NCBI RefSeq assembly: GCF_036321535.1 | Contig: NC_087436.1 | Location: forward strand, 11,222,001 to 11,286,000 | Reading direction: 5' to 3' | Length of the DNA: 64,000 nucleotides | DNA from: Camelus dromedarius | Taxonomy: Eukaryota | In this document: one piece after another, positions 1-12,735 of the stretch | How the letters are laid out: every line of letters begins with the position of its first letter | Position numbering within the stretch: position 1 is the stretch's first letter | Notes under the pieces: generated by a model | The model's input: only the letters and a program-made list of their open reading frames with translations | What the model was told of the DNA's origin: nothing | The model's database searches: none | Program-made: the position numbers and the translations under genes

Positions 1-548
1 AGGCCCCTCATCACCCCCCGAAAATGTGACCACTTATCAGCCCATGGGTTCGTGTTTTTCTTTCTCAGCCCAGGGACCCCTGGTGCTTACATGATGTACA
101 GTTCCCTGTATTTGGCCTGTGTCTCTCCTTTCTGCCCAATTCCGGCCACGTGGCCTGTGTCCCCATTTCTCTGTTCGTATCTAGCTATCTGCCTGCTCTA
201 ACAGCTTCATCTTCTGAAGGCATCATCTTTGCCTTTAGATAATAAACTTTTAACTTTGAGACCCAGAAGAGTCACGGGCCACCTTTTCTGGAGTTGGGGA
301 CACGGCACGGTGGCGGAGGGCTCCTGGTTAAGGGCTCTCTGTCCCAGTAGTCGACACAGAGGTAATTAGGTTCCATGCTCAAGAGCCACGTTCAGGGTCC
401 ATGTTACCAAACCCGTGTTGCCATGGGGTTGGTTGCAAGCAAGGGTTTACTGAAGGGCGCCAAGGGAGTGGGAGACGAGCCTCAGATCCACTCCCACTTG
501 CTCTTGGAGTTGGGGTTTTTAAAGAGGAAGAACTTGGAGCCTGAGACT

Positions 549-625
549 GGTAGATACAGCTCCGTGGCAGAGTGCATGCTTAGTATGCACAAGGTCCAGG
601 GTTCCCCACTAGCTTCACTGAAAGA
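549..625 (+). mobile_element. Vic-1-type tRNA-derived SINE, degenerate
   Basis: atacagctccgtggcagagtgcatgcttagtatgcacaaggtccagggttc (A box and partial B box). Confidence 0.8.
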
Positions 626-730
626 AAACAGAGGCTGGAATTAATCATCATCTTGTGACTTATTTATAAGTTTTGGTTTTTATTTCTAGCACTTTAAAGA
701 TGTTACCCATTGTCTTCTGGCCTTCACTTC

Positions 731-858
731 TTTTTTGCGTGGGAGGAGGTTGGGAGGTAAATAATTAGGTTTTTATTTATTTAGTGGAGGTACTGGGGAT
801 TGAACCCAGTACCTTGTGCATGCAAAGCATGTGCTCTATCACTGAGCTACACCCTCCT
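731..858 (-). mobile_element. Vic-1-type SINE
   Basis: ggaggtactggggattgaacccagtaccttgtgcatgcaaagcatgtgctctatcactgagctacaccctcc is the reverse complement of the SINE consensus. Confidence 0.9.
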
Positions 859-1550
859 CCTCCTCATCTTCTTGAGACATTTCTTAATCGTATTTTCAGG
901 GGGTTAGAGCATCTCTGGTTTACGAGTCTCTGGCCAGATGGTCCATGGCAGGATGGTCTGTGAACTCATCCTGCCCTGGAGAAACAACCTGAGTCTGCAC
1001 ACGATTAATGAGGTCTACACCAGCAATTTTAGGACATTAACAATGCTGTCAATGAAAGCAACTGTAGTCATCTGACTAGAGTTCAATAGCCCAGGATTGA
1101 GGTCAGAGGGGACAGGAGAGGGAACAAAGATTTGGACAGAGACATTCATTATAAACTCAGTAGGCAAACTAGGTTTTGGGGTGACTTAAATACCTAACTA
1201 TAGATTTCTTTTCATAGATATTTAACAACATATATTATCCCACATCATTGTAACTTTCAATTTCTATTAAAAATCCAAAGGTCATTACTTGGTGTTTTTT
1301 AATGCCTAGAATAACAGCCTCCAAAAATGAGGGGCTAGAAATAAGCCATGGCAGATGATCTATACTTACAGAAAACACGAATACCTGCCTCCTTCTAGAA
1401 ACAGCTATCTTAAAATCAGTGAGTGTCCTGGGCAGGAGACAAAGCTGAAGACTGTGGGAACCTGTTTGGCATAGGTGTGTGTTAGGTACCACACACATAC
1501 AACCAAACGTTGAAGAGCTTGGGTGATCCAGCCTCATTTCTTGCACTTAG

Positions 1551-1569
1551 TCACCGCTAGAGGGCACCG
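1551..1569 (+). promoter_or_regulatory. Candidate CTCF binding site
   Basis: TCACCGCTAGAGGGCACCG closely matches the CTCF core CCASYAGRKGGCRS and lies in apparently non-repetitive DNA. Confidence 0.6.
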
Positions 1570-2359
1570 TTTCTTCTTTTCTTTTCTGTTTTTATTTTGC
1601 TTTTTTTTTTTTTCATGAGGAAGCCGTCTTCATATTGGCAATAAGAATGATTTTCTGTTCTCTGAGCTGCTGTAACAGCTTTAATAGTCTTCATATTCTC
1701 TGCAGAAGCACAAGCATGCTAAATTTCTAAATATTGAAGGACTGTGGAACGTGGGAGCGTTTCCATGTCTACTAACCTTGAGAGAAAGCTTGAGAAACCT
1801 CTACTGCTGAATTCACATGATTCTGCGGATGTTTTTTTTTTTTTTTTTCCTGGTGACCTTCATCTTCCCCCTTCCTCTTTATACTGCATCTCAACTAGTA
1901 TCAGGCACCCTCTGTACCCCAGGTAGGCAGCGAACGGCCAAGACACTCCAGCCCTTCCTTCCACGTGGCTTTAGCTTCCCACCTTCCTCTCTGTTCCAAC
2001 TGCTAGAACCTAATACAGAGCTAAAGCTCTCCAAGTTTTTTTTTTTTTTTTCCAGATAGGATTCTTTTCTTTCAATCTAGTCTTTACACTGAGACGCAGT
2101 GACTATTCTCAAAACGCTGTTTCATCATGTCATCGTCCTGCTAAAGACCCGTCATCACCTTCTAATAGCATTTGAGTCAAGTCTCCGGTCTCACCTTGGC
2201 ATTAAGTTCTTTCAGGTTCTTTGCCTCTTTAATACCATCTTCTTCCTCTACCTGACATAAAAACTCCTTTCCAATTAATCCCCGTAATGCTTTACAAGCA
2301 GGATTCTAACCCCCAGGGTGGGTTTCGGTTTGCTTGCTTGAGTGCCAGGAAAGTACATC

Positions 2360-2590
2360 GCTTAAGAGTGAGGACTCTGGAACCAGACTCTGCCGGCCTG
2401 GAGAGTCTAACTCTGTCCAGTTTAATGGTTTAAGATAAGTTGTCCTACTTGTCTTGGTGCTTCAGTGCCCTCCCTTATGAAATGGAGACAAGAACAGGAT
2501 CTACCTTCTAGAGTTACTATGAAGATTCAAGGAGTTAAAAGCTGCGACGCTCTTGAAACAGAGCGTGGCCCCTTTGAAGTGCTAATCACG
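2360..2590 (+). mobile_element. MIR SINE, ancient
   Basis: aagagtgaggactctggaaccagac...ctaccttctagagttactatgaagattcaa...aacagagcgtggc resembles the MIR core. Confidence 0.6.
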
Positions 2591-3499
2591 TGTCGCCTGT
2601 GTCCTACTCTCTTCCATCTCCTCCTCCCATCACCTCACTTCACCACACAAGTCAGCATAATGCCAAGCCCAAAAGACGTGTGTTGAATGGATTACTCCTT
2701 TCCCTCTGGGTCAGCTTTGCCTCTTGTCTGTACTGAAAACTGGGGTCTTTAGTGCCAAACCTACGGTCCAAATTTCTCCCCAAACCCCTCTTTCCTTCCT
2801 GCACTAACTGGCATCACTGTTCTCTCATATTTCTTATGCATATAATTGTGTGTGTGTGTAATTTTTTTTAATGGGTGCTTTCTATCAGCCTTTTAGTTGT
2901 AACTTTCCAGCTCTAGACTTTAACCTTCTCTGGGCAGAAGTCACAGTGGATGCCGTGGAGGGGGCAAAAGAAGCAAGAGCCTCCATCCTCCAGAGCTTTA
3001 TCAGCTCACAGAGGGAAATGAGACAAGAGAGAGGTGTGGTCAGTGTTCGCTAACCTGTGTCGCTCGTGGAAAGTGAGATAGAAAATAGAAAACCACCTAA
3101 GAAGGAGCACCTCGCTGAAGTAGCCAGAACAGCCCTGAATGAGGAGGTGCCGGTGCAGGACTCAGGAGGTGAAGGGTGAAGAGAATTAGGCTAGAGGGGT
3201 CTTGCTAAGGTGCCATGGAACTCAATTATTTTTACCCCCACTTCTCTTTGCCATCTGAATTTCTTTTTAACAAAGAGCAAGTTTGGCTCAGTAATGAATT
3301 CTGGTGTTGTTTTTACACATCGTGACAGAGGACACGCACAGAGACTCCCCAGGGCGAGGACTGATAACACAGGATTAAGAGCAGGCCTTCTGATCTTAAA
3401 ATAATTAACATGAAGGAAGTTTTGAGGACAACAAGGACAGTGCTCAAAGTGTCATAAAACAATCTCCACAAATGAGTTTCTAACTCATCTTTAACAAAG

Positions 3500-4530
3500 G
3501 AACAGAGGAAATACAATAGAGAAAGAAGAGCCTTTTCAACAAATCATACTTGAACAATGGGATATCCATATGTGAGGAAAAAGAAAAATGGGAGGAGGAG
3601 GAGGCAAGAACCTAGACATGTACCTTATACAAAAATTAATTCAAAATGAATCTTAGACTTAAATATAAAAGGGAAAACTATAAAACTTCTAGAAGGTAAC
3701 ACAGAAGAAAATCTACATGATCTTGGGTTTGCCTACGAGTTTTTTGGACTCACTAAATGCTAAAAGCAATATCCATAAAAGAAAAAAAAATGTATATGGT
3801 TATGGGGGGTAGGGAGTGGGAAAGGATAAACTGGGAGTTCGAGATTTGCAGATACTAACTACTATATAGAAAATAGATAAACAAGTTTATACTGTATAGC
3901 ACAGGGAATTATATTCAATATCTTGTAGTAACTTATGGTGAAAAAGAACATGAAAACAAATATATGAATGTTCATGTATGACTGAAGCATTATGTTGCAC
4001 ACCAGAAATTGACACAACATTGTAAACTGACTATACCTCAATAAAAATATATTAAAAAGAAAGAAAGAAAAATGTAGTAAGTTGGGCTTTATTAGAATTA
4101 AAAACTGCTCTGCAAAAGACACTGTTCAGAGAGTGAAGAGACAAGCCACAGAATAGGAGAAACTGGAAAACATTTCTCTGATACAGGACTTGGATCCGAA
4201 ATATACAAAAAACTCTTCCAATTCAGCAATAAGAAAGCAAACAACCCAATTTAAAAAAGAGCAAAGATCTGAACAAAGATATGTAGATTCAAATAAGTGT
4301 ATGAAAAGATGTTCAACATCATTAAGGAAATTCACATTAAAAAGCAATTACATACTACTACACATCCATTTGAATGACAAAAATCCCCAAAACTGACAAC
4401 ACCAAGTTAATGCAAAGATGCAGAGCAAAAAGAGGGCTCATTCATTGCTGTGGAAATGCAAAACAGTACAGCTTCTTTGAAAGACAGTTGGCAGTTTTCT
4501 AGAAAACCAAACATCCTCTTACCACGTGAC
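3500..4530 (+). mobile_element. Old L1 ORF2 fragment (L1M-like) with a nested younger L1 3' end at ~3795-4075
   Basis: L1 ORF2-like text (cttttcaacaaat...gatatccatatg; aaaactataaaacttctagaag). The nested piece carries gggagttcgagatttgcagatactaactactatata...ctatacctcaataaaaa, flanked by aaaatgta repeats. Confidence 0.85.
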
Positions 4531-5289
4531 CCATTAAACGTGCACACAGCACCACGAGGGGGTTGGGTGGACCACCCCAGCCTCCCTCCTCTCCAGTCCA
4601 GCCCTGGTCAGTGAGAGCATGAGAAAAGCCTTTAAACCTTGACACAGTTAGGCAGTTACAAACACCATTACAGATATCAGATGCTCACATGAAGACAATA
4701 GGGTCCTGCTCAGGTACATTTATGCCAAGGTGATTTACTGTCAGTCAGTTCCTATAATACCACCCAGACTCTTAATGTCAACATGCTTTAACATCAACTT
4801 GATTTAACGTCAACATGATTTGACAGATTCTGTCTCTACTAACCTTAGGTTTTGGAAACACAACAGTGATGAAAAAAGTCAATACATTCTTAGAGAAAAA
4901 ACAGAAATCCATCCCCTGTTATAAATGCTGGGCATACCACAAAACAGCACAATCACTTTTTCTTACACTGATTTCCCTAAACCATCTGGAACACCCAGTT
5001 TCATTGTCTTCATTACCGTGTTGGACACCTCCTCCCCATGTCATCTCAATCTGAGTGTCCAGCTGGGAATCTGATTTTCATGTGATGAGATGGATGACAA
5101 GGAGCAGTGGTGAGGCAGTATGTGCTGGCATCATCAATTTTGTTAACAATGCAATGTCATAAGTAATAGCCTCAAATCACTACCCCAGACATGGCAAGAC
5201 CCCAGGGAGAACTAGGAATGGGGCCAGAGAGGTACAAGGACTTTTTCACTCAAGGCGGATTCAACTTTGTTAAAAATAAATTTTTGAAT

Positions 5290-5530
5290 TAGGAGTTTGG
5301 ATTAAAAGACACACTACTATATATAAAATATATAAACAAGGACCTATTGTATAGCACAGGGAACTATATTCAATTTCTTGTAATAAGCTACAATGGGAGA
5401 GAATCTGGAAATACGTACATATGTATTATATGTATGCATATGTGTAACTGAATCACTTTGCTGCACACCCAAAACTAACACTGTAGGTCAACTCCACCTC
5501 AGTAAAAATCTAAATTTTTAAAAAAGAATT
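5290..5530 (+). mobile_element. L1 3' UTR/tail fragment
   Basis: caaggacctattgtatagcacagggaactatattcaat...aactgaatcactttgctgcacacc followed by an A-rich tail. Confidence 0.85.
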
Positions 5531-6747
5531 AAAACCTTTAAAAAAATAAATGTTTGAAAATCTGAATAATAAAAAAGATCATAAAGACAAGAGACAGATT
5601 GAAAGGTAATACAATTTCTTTATCCAAAGTATATAGTGAGTGTCTACAAATCAGTGAGAAAATTACAAATGCCCAGTTTAACACCGGGCAAAGGCTATGG
5701 ACAAGTTATTCACAGAACAAACAATGTAAACAAATTAATCAACACATGACAAATATGTTCAACCTCATTAGAAATCAAGAGAAAGCCAAGAACGTATTTT
5801 CCCCTCTCCCACCTCTGTTCTGTGGCAACTCTGGATGTCAGCAATTAAGAAAAAGAGCAAACCCAGCTCCCACCTCAAATCTTTTCTCTCAGCTACAATG
5901 AAGTCATTTTAAAAATACATTCAAAGGAACTTGAAACCCTTAGGTAAAGACCCCAAGAACTTATTTCCCTAAAAAGACAGCAGATAAAGAATTTGGGATG
6001 AGTTGCAGTGGAAGGATGTGAAATCTCTTTCTCTGGGTGTTCTTAAATCATAACATTCCCTGTGCTGCAGTGGTTTAAATATTTTCCATTTAGGTAGTAA
6101 ACACTGAAAGACAGAAAAAATGGGGTTACTTGCAACTAGATAATGTTACCATTTCTCTACTATTTCCTTTCTAAATACATGAGCTCTACTTTTTGGGATC
6201 TGAACTCATGCTTGAATTGTTAACACTTTTATCTTTATTTGGGTGATGTTGGATCCAGCTACACTGAGGTCTATGGTTTCTTCACTAATAATTGCTTCCA
6301 TTGTGTATTTATCACCTGGTTAGCAAGTGCCGGGTGATTTCAGGCACTTGAACAAAAAAGGTTTCACTCTGAACCTGGGTGTGGTCAGTGAGATACATAT
6401 CAACATTACTCTTTTTTTCTGTCATGAAATGAAATGCACCCTAGCTTTACTCCCAGAGTTTTGTCCGAAAGGTAACAAATGTCATAAACATGAACTGACT
6501 TTGCCATTTCGACTTCCCCATCCTCCCCCAACCTACACGGTAAAGTGTAAGCCCACTTACACCAATAGTGATGCCAAATCTCCAAAAACGAGAGCACGCT
6601 CCATTTTTCCCGGTGCCAGAGGCATTGCTCCAGGTGCACAGAAGTGATTTAACAGGTCCTACTAAGTCTCGTTCTAAAATTACTGCTCGACAAGCTGTGT
6701 CTGGACTGGAGTGCACTAAGGCAACGTCAGGTTTCTGTTGCAGGTGA

Positions 6748-6942
<195 letters not shown>

Positions 6943-6997
6943 TGATTTGGTTTAGTTTCTGTTCTGTGTGTGAGAATGAGTTTGCTTTGCAGTATGG

Positions 6998-7023
6998 GGT
7001 GTGTGTGTGCGTGTGTGTGTGTG
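6998..7023. repeat. (GT)n microsatellite, interrupted
   Basis: gtgtgtgtgtgcgtgtgtgtgtgtg. Confidence 0.85.
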
Positions 7024-7879
7024 CAAGAGAGTTGGCTTGTTAAATGACCTGAAATATTTACCATGGCAACTTTACCATTATTCATTAAGAAAGGTTTGGA
7101 AATAGAAAAGATCATTCACTTGACTTTTAACTCCAGAATTTGGCAGATCTTATGTCTTGAATTTTGTATATACATATACACACATAATTTGTCTTTCTCC
7201 AGCCTCCCATCCCTGCCCCTCATCCCCATCCCCCACCAGAAACTTTCAAAGTCTTTAAAGGTAATTTTTCACAGCCCAAATGCAAATTCACAAGAAACAA
7301 ATTCCATCATAGTGCCTGCATATGGTGTGTGTGTGCAGGTGTGTATTCATTCAACTACACATGGGAAGTTACAGGATTAAAGGTTTGTTCTAATGCCCAA
7401 GATGTCAAAGCCCAAACTTTTGAAAACTACGTAGAAGTATTTTAAAAACTCAACACTACATGTTTGCTCCTTGCCAGTGATAACAGTTGTTGGCTACAGT
7501 ATGTTATTTAAATGTGCTTGGTATTTCACTGTAGTTCAAGACCCACTAAGTTTCATGCAAAATTAATGGTAACTACCATTTTGGGGGACAAAAATTATAC
7601 ATAGATATATATCTATATAATATATATAGTGTATACCAAGGAAATAATACATATTTGTAAAGAATAAGATAAAATCATAAAAATAATTATGTTTCCTAAA
7701 ATCGTGATACTTCTCCATCAATCACTGGCTACAAAAGAAGTGCTGTCTGTGAAATACAGTATTGTTCTCTGTCATATAGACATACGACACTTGCAGAAGT
7801 AGTAAACAGAAAGCCACAGTAAACAGACATTCCAATTCATGCTGACACGCAGATTGAGAGTCCAAAAGTCTTTTTCGTG

Positions 7880-8280
7880 CTCCACATTGTGTTAGTTTGA
7901 AATGGGTCTGGCTGAAAGAAACATAAAACCAAAATAACAGTGTCTTTAGCTAGATAACGATGTGTTCCTCTCATACAGAAGGGAAGCCGGGGTCTAGAAA
8001 GTTCCTGGCTGACATACACTGCGTGTGGTATCGGGTCCGGGTTCTCTCCCATCTCCCGCTGCAGCTCCCGGGTCAGGCACTGACCCGGCTGGTCCATCTC
8101 CCACTATCTGAGATGCATCTGGTCAGCAAGAAGATGGAAGAGAGCACACCTCTGTCTTTGAAGGGCACTCCCAGAATCTGCACATCCCACTCCCCTTTGG
8201 CCAGAACGTAGTCCATGGCGGTACCCAAAGGAAAGCTGGGAGATGTAATTGTTATTCTGGAAGGCGTGTGCCGAGCTGAA
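7880..8280. mobile_element. Old MaLR (MLT1-like) LTR remnant
   Basis: aaaataacagtgtctttagctagataa...cccctttggccagaacgtagtccatggcggtaccc...ctgggagatgtaatt resembles old MLT1 subfamilies. Confidence 0.5.
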
Positions 8281-9101
8281 ATTTGGGTTTGTGTTCCTGC
8301 AGGAAGAAGGGCACAGCCAGCGGTGTCTGCCAGACACGCAGACTCGTAAGGACGCAGCCTCTATGAGGCTGGTAGTCATTAAAGTGGGGAACCTTCGAGC
8401 TCGAAGGAATGTTAAGAGAGCATCTCATTTACTGATACTGGACCAGAAATAAATATCAGAAAGACACATTGTGCTTGGGGCCCATCATAAACCAACAAAT
8501 ATGCATTTCTGGGCGTCACACCCGACCAGGTGTCTTTAAATAAACCCTCCCGCCCACATTATTCTGGCTTTCATCTCTGGTGAAGAAGCACTCAGCAACT
8601 ATTCACGCTTCAGACGTGACAACAGAGACCCAAAAATGTTTTTAGTGAGTTTCTCAGCTGCTCAGTTAATGAGCAGAAGAGCCCAAACTAGAGCCCAGGC
8701 CCCCAATTCTGAGTCCCTGCACCCTCTCTGCACCCTCCTTGACTCCCCAGTTATGATCCTTGGGTTCCAGGAGCCAAAGGCTGGGGCCAGGCCAAGACAT
8801 TTACCTTTTGTTTGCATTTTTGAATCCCATGCTTCTTTTTCTTCAACTCTGTTCCACCTGATTTGATGTGTACTTTCCAAGCTCAAGCAATTCCTCCATC
8901 TGAACGCTATGACACTCACAGAGCAGGAACTAACTGCTCAGGGATTCCCATCAAAGAACACCACTGGCCGGGCCCTTGCCTCCTCCTCATGACCACCAGC
9001 TCAGTCACAGGCACAATTTTGCCTGAGAGTATGAAAGATATACCCTTTCCTAAATGTAATAAGACTTATGAGTAAAATCTACCTTCACTGAATGGCAGAG
9101 C

Positions 9102-9230
9102 GGGAGGGAGGGTATAGCTCAAGTGGTAGAGTGTGTGCTGAGATTGAACCCAGGACCCCCTCTGAAAAAATAAATAAGTAAACCTAATCACCTCCCTCCA
9201 CAAAAAAAAATTTAATTTAAAAAAATAAAT
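9102..9230 (+). mobile_element. Vic-1-type SINE with internal inversion/deletion
   Basis: Normal 5' half gggagggtatagctcaagtggtagag. B-box segment is reverse-complemented. TSD aatggcagagc / aatagcagagc. Confidence 0.9.
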
Positions 9231-11194
9231 AAATAGCAGAGCTGTTTGAATTTCCTTTCTGGCACAAGCAGAGAATTGCAGGAGCCACTGAAAAGAAACT
9301 TCGAGGACTCAGATTTAATTCACATAAGTTTATTAAAATCTCGTAGGCTCGGCTATGAGTTATGGAGGCTCTAAAGCCAAATGGGACTCAGTTCCCACCT
9401 CAGGGAGCTGGTGGTCTCGTGGGGGATTCAGTTGTACGACCAGAGCAGAAGTCGCCAAGTGGTCTACCAGAGGTTTGGATTAAGGATGATGAGGTCACAA
9501 TGGAAGGTCTTCCTCAGGGGGCATCGAGACAGGCTTCAGAGGAGAGATGGCCACCTTAGTGAGACTGACAGAGTAGGGTGGGTGGGGTGCATTCTAAATA
9601 AGAAAGCAGCGTAAGGAAAAGTGACCTGACCGAAAAACTTAAATATATTATCTATAAAGTGAAAACTCAGCTGTAATTTGAAATGTACCTTAAGTCCAAC
9701 CAGGAATTGAACAGAACTGATCATTGGCCAGGATCTTCTCAGTCCCTTCAGAAGTCAAGAGGGGAACCAAGCATTTTAATAGGGCCTCTCTTACACCTAA
9801 GAGACGGGGCCCCTGTCCCCAGCCTCCCACGAAGAGCGGAAGCTCTTGAATTCTAACCTGCCTACAAATTGGCGAGAGGTTTTATGAAAAAGTCAATTAC
9901 CATCAGTAGGTCTGGATGGGGCCTGGAATTCTGTATTTGTAACAAGCTTCCAGGTGACGACAGTGGTCGAGAAGATGAGCCAAACCTCTGATGTGAACAC
10001 TCCCAGGTCCCAGGGAGCCAAGCTCATCTGTGTGCGTTGGGGGAGGAGGCAGCTTGACTACGGGGCTGGGCGCCCACATGCCAGCAAGCAAGGCCCTCCA
10101 TGGCGCAGGGCAGACACAGAGCCGGAGGAGAGGGCCCCCACCTCCACTTCAGTCTTGCCTCAGGTCCTAACACGTCACGAGTGCTTGGGCTTACGTTCGA
10201 GAAAATACTTGATGTGTTTGGAACAGTTGAGAGTCAGTCTTTAAAAATCAGACTATTTTAGTAGCGTAAGATTTCTGCAGCTCTTAATAGTTTATAAGCC
10301 CACTTATCTCATTGGTAAGTAACATTCTCAATTTGCTTTTCCTTTCTATGTGGAACGCTTGAGAAAACTTTCTTTGTTATGAAAGGGTATAAGGTATGGC
10401 AAAGCCCTGAGATACTCCAGGAAATTTTCTTTATTGAGAAACTGACCGAGAACCAACATTTTTGTGCCTGTTACTGTAAGGAGTCTCCAGAGAAAGCTTT
10501 TCCAAGACGTGTCACTTCAGCTCTTCTCACTGGAAGAGGTCTGGCTGTTTTGACCCCTAACTGAGTTTACATAGATCATCTACCCCTGACTTTTCAGAGG
10601 TGCTTAAGTATGTTGCTCTAGTCCTAGACCATAAAATATATTCTAAAACTTAAAGTCAAAACTTAAAATATATGTTTCTTTGCAAATTTGAGTCCAAATG
10701 AGAAGAGAATTCAGTCACAGTAGAGAATCATGTAGCCATATAGAAATTTTATTGACCGGCCAAGGAAGCCTCTCTACCACAGCCGTGACCAAAAGCATTG
10801 TCCCCTGGGACTTTCTAATCACACTAAGATACCCCAGTATGACACAAGCACCCGAAATGAGTCATCCCAAGATAGGTATTGCTTTCCTGTGAGATTCGTA
10901 GGTGCTGACTTCAGTGCTATTTTGTCTCTCGTCAAAATAATAAAATAAAATATTTGTAACCTGATCATTACAGAATTAACTTAGAGGGTGCCTTTCCAAA
11001 GCTTTAAAAATCCATTCAATCTGGGGGAAAAAAAAAAAAGGTTGTCTTATATTGATGACTTAAAAATTGAGAAAAATAAAAGTTACATAATGGAATAGAG
11101 TGGAACTTAGAATGAAGCAAGGCTGTGCTCTCCCAGCCCAGGACACTGTTACTGGACTGCCTGTCTCGCTGTCAGCACAAAAACAATTGATGAT

Positions 11195-11353
11195 GGAGGG
11201 AGAGGGTATAGCTCGGTGGTAGAGCACATGCTTAGCATGCATGAGGTCCTGGGTTCAAACCCCAGTGCCTCCAATAAAAATAAATAAATCTAATAATCCC
11301 CCCCAAAAAAACAAATTAAAAGTAATTAAAAATAATAAAAAAAATTAAAAAAA
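11195..11353 (+). mobile_element. Vic-1-type SINE
   Basis: agggtatagctcggtggtagagcacatgcttagcatgcatgaggtcctgggttcaaaccccag with A-rich tail; tgatgat on both flanks. Confidence 0.93.
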
Positions 11354-12199
11354 TGATGATAGAAATATTTATTAGCTGCCTTCCATGTAAAATGCAAGAT
11401 ACTACCAAGCACTTCAGATATACTATTGTGTTTAATCTTAAAATAACCTTATGAGATAGGTAATGGTAACCTCACTGCTTTACAAATGAGGACATTGCGG
11501 CTTTGACCTTAACCTCAGATCGCTCAACTGAGAGTCCAGGTGGGTCTCTAGTTCACAGGAACCAGAACTTGGTGTGTCACAGCACATCATCTCCAGATTC
11601 CCTTGAAAAAAATACTTGCTTTTTTAAAAATGCGTATTCCTCTCTTTTTTCCTACCAAGAATTTAAATTGGCTAACAATATATAACAAGATAAAACTGAA
11701 CTTCCAGTGAGTAAACACAGAAATTCAGGCAAAGGGAAGGATAAAGTTAGGAAAAACAGAAGTGGGTGTGCTTGGTGAGGAGAAGGCTGGCATCCCATTT
11801 CAGCAAAAAGTAGAAACTGTTACTAAGACTCCTGCGCTCATGTCCCCGCTCTGCCATTGGTCACTCTGACTTAGGGTAAATTACACAATTCTCAAAGCCT
11901 TTGTTTTTCATGTATGGGGGGCAATAGTGGCACCTGCCTCATAGAGTCAAAGTGAGAATTACATGAATAAACCATAAAAATGCAGAGGGGTGGCTGCTAC
12001 TGGAGTTTCCTTTTTGGAAGTCTTCATAATTAGGAATTTAATAGAGCAATGAGGATCATCATAGAGCAAAGGAAAATATTTATTAGAGAAACAAGGAAGT
12101 TTGTACTCACTTAAACAACCCACACACTGGTCAACACATTTGTTCTAAATGTCCAGCCATACAACATATTCAATCCACATCAGCTGCGAGGTGGCATCA

Positions 12200-12640
12200 C
12201 ATACAGAAGATAAAAACCTGATGTCCTGGAAGGGTGAGGATGCTGGAGTGGCTCACGCAAAGCCATTGACGAAGGAACACTTAATAAAGTTAGAAAATGA
12301 AGAAGGGAAGGATACACAGACACCTCAAAAAAGAGTAAAGTGAATATCAAAAGATTGAAAGACATCTCAGGAAATTGATGAAGCCTTGAATATCCTTTGC
12401 AAGTGGTATCCTCTAAGAAATTATGCCATGAAAAATCACACATAAAGAGTGTTGTAGGAAGCTGTGATACAAGCGTGTCAAAAAAGTGATGCTCCCCAAA
12501 TCAACACCTCGTCCATTGTTTGTGCTAAAATTACCTTAGAGTTGCAACTACAAACTGCCTTCTGTAAAATAAGTGATACAGTAAATTTATTTTCCTTTTA
12601 TAAGTTTCATTTTTCAAGATAAAGGCCCATTCAAAATTTT
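12200..12640 (+). mobile_element. Possible Tigger/pogo-like DNA transposon fragment
   Basis: The ORF-track peptide ...AHAKPLTKEHLIKLENEE and downstream gaaattgatgaagccttgaatat resemble Tigger transposase C-termini; degenerate. Confidence 0.4.
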
Positions 12641-12735
12641 TTTTGCTGACTTCTGTTAAATTTTGCCCTGAAAGTAGATTCACTCTAAATCACCATTTCC
12701 AGTATTAGTTATTCTCAGACTAAAAAGAAGTTTCC

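Larger units (their letters stand above)
402..1042 (-). mobile_element. Degenerate ERV-type LTR-like segment interrupted by two SINEs
   Basis: Starts tgttaccaaa, resembling the U5 end of the other ERV1 LTRs in the window. No TSD found; boundaries uncertain. Confidence 0.35.

Noticed and set aside
1..6743. SMIM31 promoter and non-coding first exon
   Set aside because: No CpG island or convincing promoter/donor combination found; likely upstream of the window.
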